Shown here: piece by piece, positions 27,111 through 36,743 of the stretch
Position numbering within the stretch: position 1 is the stretch's first letter
Layout: each line of letters starts with the position of its first letter
Source: Anaerolineae bacterium
Lineage (GTDB): Bacteria; Chloroflexota; Anaerolineae; S140-20
Assembly: GCA_027021705.1 (NCBI GenBank)
Contig: JALUTT010000018.1
Span: forward strand, 1 to 62,853
Reading direction: 5' to 3'
DNA length: 62,853 bases
Notes under the pieces: generated by a model
What the model saw: only the letters and a program-made list of their open reading frames with translations
Told to the model about the DNA's origin: nothing
Databases searched by the model: none
Program-made: the position numbers and the translations under genes

Positions 27111-29300
27111 ATGCGAATCCCATTCGTCCTCCCACTGCTCTTCGCTTTCGCCTCTTTGCTCCTGCTCCTCTCGGTCGGCTTTTCCGCCGGGGCGGAGCCT
27201 CTGAGCCTGACCCCCCTTCCCCCGGTGACCGAGGCCGACGGTCGGCTGGGCGTCTGCTACGCCTTCTACGAGGAGCCGCCCGACAGCGGACAGCGCCCCT
27301 ACCTGGAGCGGATGATCGAGGCGGGCGCCCGCCACGACCGCTGGGATTTCAACTGGAACATCATCCAGCGGGATGGTCAGAGCCAGTGGAACTGGAGCGG
27401 CCACGAGAAGATCGTTCGGGCAGAGACCGGCCGGGGCGTCTCGGTGACGGGGATTCTCCTCTGGACGCCCCAGTGGGCCTCCACCTGCCCCGGCGGGACG
27501 GCGCTGCGGAAGGAGCCGCTGCGCGACATCCCTTGGCGCCCCGGCCTGGAGCGCTTCCCGGAGGATGGCCTCCTGCTGCTCGGTCCATCCGGCCTGGCCC
27601 ACCGAGGCGGTCCCCCGACCCCCCAGGGCTTTGACCCCTGGGATGCCTGTCCGCCCCGCAACCTGGACCAGCCCGTCTTCCTGGACAACGGGGACCCCAA
27701 TCCCGACAACCCGTGGGGCTACTTCGTCTACCACCTGGTCCGCCACTTCAGCGGGGTTGACGACCCGGCGCTGCGGGTGGATGCCTGGGAGGTCTGGAAC
27801 GAGCCGGAGTGGTCCTTCTTCTGGACCGGCTCGGCGGCCGACTACTACCGGTTGCTCAAAGTGGCCTACCAGGCGGCCAAGGCGGCCAATCCCAACGCGA
27901 TCATCCTCTTCGGCGGGCTCCACTACTGGGCCGACCCCGACTTCTACAAGCAGGTGCTCGACCTGGCCGCGGCCGATCCCGAGGCGGCGGCCTACAACGG
28001 CTTCTTCGATGTGATGTCGGTCCACTTCTACAGCCGGAGCGACAATACCTACGACCGGGTTTTGGAAATCCGCAACGAGGTAGCGGCTCGCGTGGGGGAT
28101 CATCCCATCTGGCTGACGGAGACGGGCGCTCCCATGTGGTTGAGCGGTGGGGATCCACCCGACTACTGGCTGACGGAGGATGAAGAGGCGGCCTACCTGA
28201 TTCAGTCCTACGCCAACGGGCTGGCGGCCGGCCTGGAGCGCTACTACTTCTTCCGTGCCCACGACGATGGGATGGCGGAGCCCTACGGCCTCCTGCGTAA
28301 CGACCAGACCCTCCGCCCCGCCTACCTGGCCTACCAGGTGGCCGCTCGCTACCTGCAGGGGGAGAACCAGGTCACCCGCGTCGCCACGACCCGGACGGTC
28401 CGGGTGACCCTCTGGGGCACCCCTCGGGGGAAGATCAGCGTCCTCTGGAACCGGACGCCGAACCCGGTCACTTACACGCTGCCGGCGGCGATGCCCCAGG
28501 CGACGTTGGTGGACCGCTGGGGCGTCACCCGGACGATCACGGCCACCCAGGGTGTCTACACCCTCTCCCTGCCGGTGGCCACGGCCAACCTGGCCAGCGA
28601 TCCCACCGATTACATCGTCGGGGGGGATCCGCTTCTCCTCATCGAGACGGACACGACGCCGCCCACCTCCACGATGCTGGCGCTGCCGACCTTGACCATC
28701 GGCCAGCGGGTCACCCTCACCTGGCAGATGGGGGACGTGGGGGCCGGCCCCTGGTACGTCGAGGTCCAGGTGGCCTCCGCGCCCGATGGCCCCTGGCAGA
28801 CGGCGGCCACCTGGCCGGCCACCGAGGGCGTCACCCAGACCGTCTACCTCGGTCGGCACGGGCAGACCGCCTACTTCCGGGCGCGGGCGCGGGATCGGGT
28901 GGGGAACTGGGAGGATTGGCCGGCCACCTACGAGGTCTCTACCACGGTGGACGCCGACACGGAGCTCCACTGGCGGGTGGAGGGCCTCTTCGCCGACGCG
29001 GACGGGGATGGGCTCCAGGGTTCGCTGGAGGTCCCGCTGACGGCCACGATGCGCTTCGTGGATGAGCAGGGGCGGGATGTTGTCTCTCCCACCGTGGGGA
29101 ATTCCTGGGCCTTCACCGTGACCCTCTTGCCGGGGACCTACACCTTCAGCGCTTTCGCCACCGACGACGCGGGACAGCGCTGGGCAGCCTATATCTCCCT
29201 GACGTTGGATGGCAGCGTAGATCCGCTGCAGGCGCCGGCCAACCCCCGCGTTGGGCTGGTTCCCTGGAACCAGGTGTACCTTCCGTTGGTGAGGAAGTGA
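27111..29300 (+). CDS. Secreted clan GH-A glycoside hydrolase (GH39/GH5-like) with Fn3-like domain
   Basis: Signal peptide; WEVWNEP (acid/base), IWLTETG (nucleophile); YFRARARDRVGN; C-terminal VYLPLVRK. Confidence 0.8.
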   Translation: MRIPFVLPLLFAFASLLLLLSVGFSAGAEPLSLTPLPPVTEADGRLGVCYAFYEEPPDSGQRPYLERMIEAGARHDRWDFNWNIIQRDGQSQWNWSGHEKIVRAETGRGVSVTGILLWTPQWASTCPGGTALRKEPLRDIPWRPGLERFPEDGLLLLGPSGLAHRGGPPTPQGFDPWDACPPRNLDQPVFLDNGDPNPDNPWGYFVYHLVRHFSGVDDPALRVDAWEVWNEPEWSFFWTGSAADYYRLLKVAYQAAKAANPNAIILFGGLHYWADPDFYKQVLDLAAADPEAAAYNGFFDVMSVHFYSRSDNTYDRVLEIRNEVAARVGDHPIWLTETGAPMWLSGGDPPDYWLTEDEEAAYLIQSYANGLAAGLERYYFFRAHDDGMAEPYGLLRNDQTLRPAYLAYQVAARYLQGENQVTRVATTRTVRVTLWGTPRGKISVLWNRTPNPVTYTLPAAMPQATLVDRWGVTRTITATQGVYTLSLPVATANLASDPTDYIVGGDPLLLIETDTTPPTSTMLALPTLTIGQRVTLTWQMGDVGAGPWYVEVQVASAPDGPWQTAATWPATEGVTQTVYLGRHGQTAYFRARARDRVGNWEDWPATYEVSTTVDADTELHWRVEGLFADADGDGLQGSLEVPLTATMRFVDEQGRDVVSPTVGNSWAFTVTLLPGTYTFSAFATDDAGQRWAAYISLTLDGSVDPLQAPANPRVGLVPWNQVYLPLVRK

Positions 29301-29442
29301 GGCGTTGTCCCCTCCCGCAGGTGACGCGGTGGGCGGTAACCGCAATGGCTATCGGAGGCTGCCTGTGACGCGCTTCAGACCGTAGAGGGGGCCTGCGGGA
29401 GGGGCTGTCATCGGAGATTGCCGGAGGAGGACGAGAGCGCTT

Positions 29443-30324
29443 ATGAGCGATTCGGAGATCGTGATCCGGGAACCCCGTACCTACGCCGAGTTTGATGCCA
29501 TCCGCCGGGTTCAGCGGGCCGCCTTCAAGATGGGCCCCGAAGGCGGCCTTTACGTTCCCTTCCTGGTCACCGCCGCCCGGAACGGCGGCATCGTCCTGGG
29601 GGCTTTCGATGGGGAGAGGCTGGTCGGCTACATCTTCAGCTACCTGGGTCGCGCCCCCGACGGGCGGATCAAGCTGGTCTCCCAGACGATGGGGGTTCTG
29701 CCCGAGTACCAAGGGCGGGGGATCGCCACCCGGCTGAAGCTGGCCCAGCGGGAGCGGGCGCTGGCCCAGGGGCTCTCCCTCATCACCTGGACCTTCGACC
29801 CGCTGCTGAGCCCCAACGCTCACCTGAACCTGCACAAGCTGGGCGGCATCGTGCGCGTCTACGAGCGGAACTACTACGGCGAGGAGTTCCCCGGCGTCTA
29901 CCGGGGGCTGCCGACGGATCGCTTCCTGGTGGAGTGGTGGATTCGCAGCGAGCACGTGGTGGAGCGGCTGCGGGCCCTGGAGGGAGGGGAGAAAAGGGAA
30001 GGGGAGGGGGCGCCTCCCTTCGGCCCGGAGCGCCCCCTGGTGACGCGCGTGGAGGGCGAAGGGACGGCCCGGCGGTTGGTGGGATACGATCTGGGGGTTG
30101 ACGCGCCCGAGGTGTGGGCCGAGATCCCTGCGGACTTCCTGGCCCTCAAGGCGGCGGACCGGGCGCTGGCCCTGGCCTGGAGGGAGGGAAGCCGGGAACT
30201 CTTCGAGCACTACTTGGCCCGAGGCTACGTGGCGGTGGACTTTCGGCGCTGGCGGGAGGGGGAGCGCCGGCGCGGCGCCTATCGGCTGTGGCGGCCGCCG
30301 GCCGGATGGCCCGGCGGGGCGTAG
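29443..30324 (+). CDS. GNAT superfamily acetyltransferase
   Basis: GVLPEYQGRGIA, WTFDPL, NAHLNLHKLG. Confidence 0.8.
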   Translation: MSDSEIVIREPRTYAEFDAIRRVQRAAFKMGPEGGLYVPFLVTAARNGGIVLGAFDGERLVGYIFSYLGRAPDGRIKLVSQTMGVLPEYQGRGIATRLKLAQRERALAQGLSLITWTFDPLLSPNAHLNLHKLGGIVRVYERNYYGEEFPGVYRGLPTDRFLVEWWIRSEHVVERLRALEGGEKREGEGAPPFGPERPLVTRVEGEGTARRLVGYDLGVDAPEVWAEIPADFLALKAADRALALAWREGSRELFEHYLARGYVAVDFRRWREGERRRGAYRLWRPPAGWPGGA

Positions 30325-30334
30325 CCGACCACGT

Positions 30335-30516
30335 CAAGGACCACCCGACCCCTCGACCAAACGACCAAGTGACCAAGGGGCAAGGGGCAGGGGGCAAGAG
30401 GCAAGGACCACCCGACCACTCGACCGCCTGACCAAACGACCAAGTGACCAAGGGGCAAGGGGCAAGGGGCAAGAGGCAAGGACTACTCGACCACTCGACC
30501 ACTCGACCAAGCGACT
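30335..30516. repeat. Compound 7/8-mer tandem array with a higher-order ~70 bp duplication
   Basis: GACCACTC/GACCAAAC octamers alternate with GGGGCAA heptamers; block repeated at 30335-30401 and 30402-30476. Confidence 0.85.
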
Positions 30517-30519
30517 ACT

Positions 30520-30921
30520 TCAGGCCAGCCGGCGCACGCTCTGGATGCCTGCGGTCGTGGCCCGGCGGGCTAGGGCCTCCGGTGTGGTGTCCGTCCGCAC
30601 CAGCGCCACCTCCAGCAGGAGGGGGAGGTTGACGCCAGCCACGATGGGGTAGGGCCGGGGGAGGGCGAGGCTACGGCGGAGGAGAAGCGCCTGGTTGGCC
30701 GGCGTGCCCCCCGCCATATCGGCCAGGAGGAGCACCCCCTCTCCCCGGTCGGCCTGTTGCAGAGCCTGCCGGAGGGCCGCCTGGAAGCTCTCCGGGCTCT
30801 GGTCGGAGGCCAGGTCCACGGCGATGAGGGCCTCCTGGGGGCCGGCGATGGCGGCCACGGCGTCCACCAGCGCTTGGGCCAGGCCCGCGTGTCCGACGAC
30901 GACGATCCCCACCATCCCCAT
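30520..30921 (-). CDS. PTS mannose/fructose-type EIIA component
   Basis: IVVVGH, LLADMAGGTPAN, AGVNLPLL. Confidence 0.85.
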   Translation of the reverse strand: MGMVGIVVVGHAGLAQALVDAVAAIAGPQEALIAVDLASDQSPESFQAALRQALQQADRGEGVLLLADMAGGTPANQALLLRRSLALPRPYPIVAGVNLPLLLEVALVRTDTTPEALARRATTAGIQSVRRLA

Positions 30922-30925
30922 CGTC

Positions 30926-31684
30926 CTACCGGAGCTCCCGCATCGCCGCTTCCACGGTCGCGCCGCCGTGCACCAGAGCCGCGATCGCCGCCGTCATCCG
31001 GGCCGGGCTGGGGTGCCCCCAGATGTTGCGCCCCATCGCTACCCCTCGGGCACCGGCCTCCAGCGCCTCGTGGATCATCTGGAGCAGGCCCCGCTCATCC
31101 TCGACCCGAGGCCCCCCCAGGATGAGGATGGGCACGTAGCAGTTTTCCACGACTTGGCGGAAGGTATCGGGATCGCCGGTGTAGAGGGTCTTGATGAAGT
31201 CGGCGCCGGCCTCGGCACCGATACGGGCGGCCTGGGCGATCCCCTCCGGCGTGTGCTGCTCCCGGGCCGCGAAGCCGCCGGGGATCATCTCGGCCATCAG
31301 GGGCAGCCCCCAGCGGTCGCAGAGGACCCCCAGCTCGTTGAGGTAGACGGTGGAGTGGGGGATCTCGGGATCGCCGGGGAAGCCCATCGCGCAGACGGCG
31401 TCGGCCCCCAGTCGCAGGGCCGCTTCGACGGACCAGCGGGCCGAGGGGAGCGTGTGGTCCACCCGCAGGATGAGGCCGGCCCGCCCCAGGGCGTCGGCAG
31501 CGTGTCGGGCCGTGCCGTAGGGGAGCAGGAGCGCGTCGGCCCCGCCGGAGACCACGGCCCGGATCACCTCCGAGGGGTGCTCCAGGCCGGCCGTCCGCAT
31601 TCCGAACACCATCGTGTGGTCCATAGCCACGACCACCGCCCGCCCGTCGGGGGCGAAGATGCGGTTCCAACGTCGTCGCTTCAT
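30926..31684 (-). CDS. Class I aldolase, DhnA/LsrF/FbaB family
   Basis: VAMDH, ALRLGADAV, GAEAGADFIKT, ILGG, MGRNIW. Confidence 0.85.
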   Translation of the reverse strand: MKRRRWNRIFAPDGRAVVVAMDHTMVFGMRTAGLEHPSEVIRAVVSGGADALLLPYGTARHAADALGRAGLILRVDHTLPSARWSVEAALRLGADAVCAMGFPGDPEIPHSTVYLNELGVLCDRWGLPLMAEMIPGGFAAREQHTPEGIAQAARIGAEAGADFIKTLYTGDPDTFRQVVENCYVPILILGGPRVEDERGLLQMIHEALEAGARGVAMGRNIWGHPSPARMTAAIAALVHGGATVEAAMRELR

Positions 31685-31693
31685 CTCACCCCC

Positions 31694-31853
31694 CGTTGCC
31701 TCGTTGCCTTGTTGCCTCATCACTTCGTTGCCCCGTTGCCTCGTTGCTTCATTGCCTCGTTGCTTCGTTGCCTCGCTGCCTCGTTGCCTTGTTGCCTTGT
31801 TGCTTCGTTACCCCGTTGCCCCATTCCCCCATCGCCTCATTGCCCCATCGCAT
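31694..31853. repeat. Octamer tandem array (CRTTGCCY) x20
   Basis: 20 in-register degenerate 8-mers between the aldolase start and the GNAT 3' end. Confidence 0.9.
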
Positions 31854-32382
31854 TCGCTTCCCACTCCTCCTTGAGGATGGCCATCAGGTGGATGTCGTGC
31901 CAGCTTCCCTCGCGGTAGAGGGCCTGGCGGCGCGTCCCCTCCCGTCGGAAGCCGGCCTTTTCGTAGGCCCGGATGGCGCGGGTGTTGAAGTCGTAGACCT
32001 CCAGCTCCACCCGGTGCAAGTTCAGTTCCTCAAAAGCGTAGCGCAGGAGGAGGCGGGTGGCCTCGGTGCCGTACCCCTTTCCCCAGAAGCGCTTGTTCCC
32101 GATGAAGATGCCGAAGGAGGCACAGCGGTTCTTCCAGTCAATGTTCCTGAGACCGCAGTTGCCCAGGAGGTGGCCCCCTTCAACCGTGAGGATGGCGAAA
32201 ACGATCTGGTCCTGAGCCTTGCGCACCCGGTCGAACCACTCCTCCTCGTCCTCGGAGGTCAGGAAGCGCATCTGGCCGGGGAAGAGGTACCGGCCGACCT
32301 CGGGGTCATTGACCCATGCCAGGTATTGGGGCAGGTACTCCCGCTTGAGAGGCCCCAGTTGGACCAACCTACCTACGTACAT
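31837..32382 (-). CDS. RimJ/RimL family GNAT N-acetyltransferase
   Basis: WGKGYGTEA, LNLHRVEL, NTRAIRAYEKAGFRREG. Confidence 0.9.
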   Translation of the reverse strand: MYVGRLVQLGPLKREYLPQYLAWVNDPEVGRYLFPGQMRFLTSEDEEEWFDRVRKAQDQIVFAILTVEGGHLLGNCGLRNIDWKNRCASFGIFIGNKRFWGKGYGTEATRLLLRYAFEELNLHRVELEVYDFNTRAIRAYEKAGFRREGTRRQALYREGSWHDIHLMAILKEEWEANAMGQ

Positions 32383-32702
32383 TCCCTGAGACTCCGCTGC
32401 TCTAGAATGATTTCGCTTAAGGGCTTCCCTTCGGCTCGATGTAGTGCTTCTTGGACCTCCTCCAGACGTACTGTTGGATCTGCCTTCGCAAGCAAGGTGG
32501 GGCCCAACTCTGTGAGTAGGCCCGCAGCGCGAAGGACCGCTCGTACCTGCTTCCGGCCTCCGTTGAGGACCTCATCCACTAGCGCGAGACGCTCTGCGAG
32601 CCATTCTTGAGCCACAGCCTGGGGAGACTTTCCCTGGCGGGTTGCTTCTTCACGCAGCCGATGGTACAGTTCGGGTGGGAGTTCCAAACTCAGTTTCGTC
32701 AT
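32373..32702 (-). CDS. Small antitoxin-like (RHH-like) protein
   Basis: [21 protein letters not shown]-terminus; [13 protein letters not shown]-terminus; lower GC than flanks. Confidence 0.55.
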   Translation of the reverse strand: MTKLSLELPPELYHRLREEATRQGKSPQAVAQEWLAERLALVDEVLNGGRKQVRAVLRAAGLLTELGPTLLAKADPTVRLEEVQEALHRAEGKPLSEIILEQRSLRECT

Positions 32703-34294
32703 CTCGCTATCTCCTCTGAAATACCGTATCCTCCTCCCCCTGGAGTGCGGATGCTGAGCACGTCCCCCGGCTGCAGGAGCACAGAGCCCTTGCCCGGCAA
32801 GCGGTGTTCCTCTCCAGCACGGATCAGGATGTTCTCCCCCGGCGCGCCGGGTTCCCCTCCCGCCAGGCCGTAGGGCGGCAGTCGCCGCCGCTCGGTGAGG
32901 AGGCTCACCTGGACCTCGGTCAGGACCCGGATGTCCCGCCGGATGCCGTCACCGCCCCGATAGCGGCCCCGTCCGCCGGAGCCCCGGCGCACCTCGTAGC
33001 GCTCTACCCGGAAGGGGTAGGTGTACTCCAACGCTTCCACGGGCGTGTTCAGCGTGTTGGTCATGTGGCTGTGCACGGCCGAGGCACCGTCCCGGTCGGG
33101 CCGGGCACCCATCCCGCCGCCGATGGTCTCGTAGTAGGCGAAGGGGTGGTTTCGCTCGGGGTCCCAGCCGCCGATGGTGATGTTGTTCATCGTCCCTTGG
33201 CTGGCCGCCGGCACCCGTTCGGGGAGGGCCTGGGCCAGGGCCCCCAAGAGCACGTCCACGATGCGCTGGGAGGTCTCCACGTTCCCCCCCGCCACCGGGG
33301 CCGGTCGCGTCGCGTTCACCACCGTCCCCTCCGGCGCGATGACCCGGATGGGGGCCAGGCAGCCGCTGTTGTTGGGCACGTCCAGGCCGATGAGGCAGCG
33401 GAAGACGTAGTAGACGGCCGAGAGGGTGATGGCGTAGACGGCGTTGATGCTTCCCCGCTGCTGGGGGGCCGAACCGGTGAAATCCACCGTCGCCGTGTCG
33501 CCCTCGATGGTGATGGAGACGCTGATGGGGATGGGTTCGTCGCCGATGCCGTCGTCGTCCAGGTAGTCGGTGAAGCGGTAGGTGCCGTCGGGCATCCGCT
33601 CCAGGAGCCGCCGGGTCATCCGTTCGGTGTAGGCCAGCAGGGCCTGCATGTAGTGGGTGACCTCCTCGACCCCGTAGCGGGCGATGATTTCCTGCAGGCG
33701 GATCACCCCGCGCTGGTTGGCAGCCAGTTGGGCTCGCAGGTCGCCGGCCCGCTCCTCCGGCGTGCGCACGTTGGCCAGGATCAGGTCCATCACCCCCTGG
33801 TTGAGCCGGCCCCCCTCGGCCAGCTTCAGGGGCGGGATGATGAGCCCTTCCTGGTAGATCTCCCGGGCCACGGGCATCGAGCCGGGGGTCATCCCCCCCA
33901 CGTCGGCGTGGTGGGCCCGGTTGGCGGCGAAGCCGAAGAGGCGCGGCTCTCCGGCCTCCTCGATGAAGATGGGCGTGATGAGGGTGATGTCGGGCAGGTG
34001 GGTGCCTCCCCGGAAGGGGTCGTTGAGGATCACCACGTCCCCCGGTGCGAAGGCGATCTCCTGGATGGCCTGGGCCACCGAGAGGGGCATCGAGCCCAGG
34101 TGGACGGGGATGTGGGCGGCCTGGGCGATCATCCTGCCCTGGGCGTCGAAGAGGGCGCAGGAAAAGTCCCGGCGTTCCTTGATGTTGGGGGAGTAGCTGG
34201 CCTTGCGCAGCACCACCCCCATCTCCTCGGCAACGGCGGCGAAGAGGTGCTTGAAGACTTCCAAGCGGATGGGGTCGTAGGGCGTTTGGGTCAT
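32699..34294 (-). CDS. Hydantoinase B / oxoprolinase family protein
   Basis: [53 protein letters not shown]. Confidence 0.93.
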   Translation of the reverse strand: MTQTPYDPIRLEVFKHLFAAVAEEMGVVLRKASYSPNIKERRDFSCALFDAQGRMIAQAAHIPVHLGSMPLSVAQAIQEIAFAPGDVVILNDPFRGGTHLPDITLITPIFIEEAGEPRLFGFAANRAHHADVGGMTPGSMPVAREIYQEGLIIPPLKLAEGGRLNQGVMDLILANVRTPEERAGDLRAQLAANQRGVIRLQEIIARYGVEEVTHYMQALLAYTERMTRRLLERMPDGTYRFTDYLDDDGIGDEPIPISVSITIEGDTATVDFTGSAPQQRGSINAVYAITLSAVYYVFRCLIGLDVPNNSGCLAPIRVIAPEGTVVNATRPAPVAGGNVETSQRIVDVLLGALAQALPERVPAASQGTMNNITIGGWDPERNHPFAYYETIGGGMGARPDRDGASAVHSHMTNTLNTPVEALEYTYPFRVERYEVRRGSGGRGRYRGGDGIRRDIRVLTEVQVSLLTERRRLPPYGLAGGEPGAPGENILIRAGEEHRLPGKGSVLLQPGDVLSIRTPGGGGYGISEEIAR

Positions 34295-34381
34295 CAGGAT
34301 CTCCTTTCACCATTCTGAGCGTGGCCTGTGACCGGCGCTGGCACTTCGGTCAGCACGAAGAAGCGTTGGGTTGACTGCTAT

Positions 34382-34412
34382 GACTTCCTAAGTCTGCTGG
34401 ACTTCGGAAGTC
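34382..34412. repeat. REP-like doublet palindrome
   Basis: GACTTCCTAAGTC-tgctg-GACTTCGGAAGTC; halves are inverted with 1 mismatch. Confidence 0.6.
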
Positions 34413-34450
34413 TCGACCCAGGAGTTATTCGCGCCAACGCACTTTGCGGT

Positions 34451-36052
34451 TCATTGCCTGTAGTATTCTCCCCCAAGCCCCCGTAGGTACTCGTTGATGG
34501 CTTTGGTCAGGAGGTCTCTTCTCGTCGCCAGGAAGTCCCGAAACCGGCCGATTCCCCAGAGCCTCGCATCCAGAGGCACAAGCTGGGCTTGAAGCCGTTC
34601 GGGTTCGATCCCTGGGAGATACTGGTCGGGCGGAGCGTTGAGGATAACTCGATTGGCTCTCTGGGAGAGGAACGCGATGTTCGATAGATCATCAATTTCG
34701 TGTGTCTCAAACTCGCTCTCCCGCTTCAAAACCGCTCGGGGGAAAATGTGGTGGAGCTCTATCTGGTGTTCTGGCCCGACGTTGGTGGAACTTAGCACAG
34801 TGCCTGTGAACCAGTCTCTGGCTTCATTCTGCCGGAAGATGGTGAAGACAAGAGGAAGAAAGGGATGACGCTGGTATTTCCCCTCGATCATTTCAGGAGT
34901 GATGTCGAACCCAGCGATCTCGCGCCTCAAGTTTGCAATCAGCCCCTCGGGAGAGCGCTGTTCTGCAATGGCTCGCAAGTCTTGATCAATTTTGGCCTCG
35001 GGACTCCCTGTGAATCTCCCGTGCACTGTCGCTTGGAAAAACCAGAAGAGCAACCCCTTTGTCTCCTCATCCGAAAGGGGCTCACTGCCGCCCTTGGCAA
35101 AGTAGACAACCAGCGGCACCAGTGCGTTGATGGATGGGATCCACCGAGATGATTCAATCCCTGCGTTGTTCTTTAGGAAGTTGATTGTGTGGTCAACGCC
35201 TTTTCTCGTGCTTCTCCAAATGGTCTGAAGTTCTCCCAATCCCTTTTCCCACAGTTTACCTAGGTGCCGAAATCGGCTTTGGTTTGTGCCCACGGCTACG
35301 AAACATCGCATTAAGAAACGGGCCTCCAAGTCGTAGTGGGCCTGGCTGTACTCTTCCAAGGCTGCCTCAAACTCCCTCACGATAGCGCCAGGCCAGCGGA
35401 AGGCAAGTTGGGCCATTGCCAACTCCGCTTCCCGTAACCGTGTGCCTCGGGAGTTGATTCTAATGAAAGATTCTGTGACCTCTTCATAATCGTCTGTGTG
35501 GATGATCATTACAGGATAGCGATATTCCTTAACCTTCTCTAAGCGAGTTAGACGATCCAGGTACTCATCCAGTTTGGACTCCTCCACCTTTACGGATTCA
35601 GCACGCAAGCGTTCGCGGAGATCCCGCCACACTTTCACCGCGCCCCTACTAAGCACCTCCCTGACGGAGACCCACAGGGGATTGGCTTTCAATTTCGCGC
35701 TGTAGATTTGGAATGTCTCATCCTCCACGTGGAAGTAGACATCTATGGTGCCGGAAAAGACTCGTTGTAGGGAGGTCAAGCGCTGCTGTCCATCTAGGAC
35801 AAGCAAACTGGGACGCTTGTCGTGGTCAACCTTCTGCCCGAAGGAACCTTGACGGAGTTCTGGGAGTTCTTCAGGCTTCCATAAAAGAATCAGCCCGGAG
35901 GGATATTCCCGATAGAGGGAATCCAGAAGGTCCCTGGCCTGTGGTCTGTTCCAGACGTAACCTCGTTGAATTTCAGGGAGCCCCAATTCCCCTTTATCGA
36001 GTTCCTCGAGTAGCACACTAATTGGCTTGTCAGTGCGCTCTAGTTTCGCCAT
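34451..36052 (-). CDS. DUF262 + C-terminal HNH (DUF1524-like) GmrSD family restriction endonuclease
   Basis: LPEIQRGYVW, LDGQQRLTS, FIRINSRG; ELHHIFP..LSNIAFLSQRAN; lower GC than flanks. Confidence 0.82.
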   Translation of the reverse strand: MAKLERTDKPISVLLEELDKGELGLPEIQRGYVWNRPQARDLLDSLYREYPSGLILLWKPEELPELRQGSFGQKVDHDKRPSLLVLDGQQRLTSLQRVFSGTIDVYFHVEDETFQIYSAKLKANPLWVSVREVLSRGAVKVWRDLRERLRAESVKVEESKLDEYLDRLTRLEKVKEYRYPVMIIHTDDYEEVTESFIRINSRGTRLREAELAMAQLAFRWPGAIVREFEAALEEYSQAHYDLEARFLMRCFVAVGTNQSRFRHLGKLWEKGLGELQTIWRSTRKGVDHTINFLKNNAGIESSRWIPSINALVPLVVYFAKGGSEPLSDEETKGLLFWFFQATVHGRFTGSPEAKIDQDLRAIAEQRSPEGLIANLRREIAGFDITPEMIEGKYQRHPFLPLVFTIFRQNEARDWFTGTVLSSTNVGPEHQIELHHIFPRAVLKRESEFETHEIDDLSNIAFLSQRANRVILNAPPDQYLPGIEPERLQAQLVPLDARLWGIGRFRDFLATRRDLLTKAINEYLRGLGGEYYRQ

Positions 36053-36743
36053 AGCGTTGTCCCTCCTCTGCTTGGAACCTCAACGGGCCTATCTTCTGTG
36101 CGACTACCACTTTGTGGTTGCGCCGGAACGGGGCGACCTCGATCTCCTGGAAGCCCAGGGCGGTCAGGTGCTCCCGGTACCAGTCCAGGCTCAGGGCAGC
36201 GCTCAGGGTGGCCCAGCCTTGGTAGAGGCTCAGGACCAGGGTCCCTTCGGGCTTCAGCACACGCCTCAGCTCCCGCAGCCGCCGGGCCGGCCGAGGAAGC
36301 GTTTCCAACAGGCCCAAGCAGAAGACCAGATCGAAGGTGTCGTCGTCGAAGGGGAGGGCTTCGCGAAGGTCGGCCACCCGGAATTGGACCCGCTCGTCCA
36401 GCCCCCTGCGGCGGGCTGTTGCCTGGGCGGTGGCGATCATCCGAGGGGACCAATCCACACCCCACACCTGCCCCTGGAAGCCGGGCATCGCCGCGATGGT
36501 CAGGGGCAGGTCGCCCACCGCTGTGCCCACGTCGAGGACCGCCTCGTCCCCGCGCAGATGGATCCGACATAACAGGTCACGCCAGCGCTCGGCCTCGCTG
36601 CGGGCGCTGAAGATGGCCGGCCCCAGGCGGTCGTAGACCTGGTAGATCAGCGCCTTGCCGAAGTAGCGGCCATCGGTCAGCAGCACGAAGAGGAGAAGCA
36701 AGACCGCGATGGCCAGAACGATGATCAGGGTCAGGGTGGTCAT
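36030..36743 (-). CDS. Class I SAM-dependent methyltransferase with N-terminal TM
   Basis: VLDVGTAVG, GVDWSPRMI, LPFDDDTFDLV, LRRVLKPEG. Confidence 0.85.
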   Translation of the reverse strand: MTTLTLIIVLAIAVLLLLFVLLTDGRYFGKALIYQVYDRLGPAIFSARSEAERWRDLLCRIHLRGDEAVLDVGTAVGDLPLTIAAMPGFQGQVWGVDWSPRMIATAQATARRRGLDERVQFRVADLREALPFDDDTFDLVFCLGLLETLPRPARRLRELRRVLKPEGTLVLSLYQGWATLSAALSLDWYREHLTALGFQEIEVAPFRRNHKVVVAQKIGPLRFQAEEGQRYGETRAH

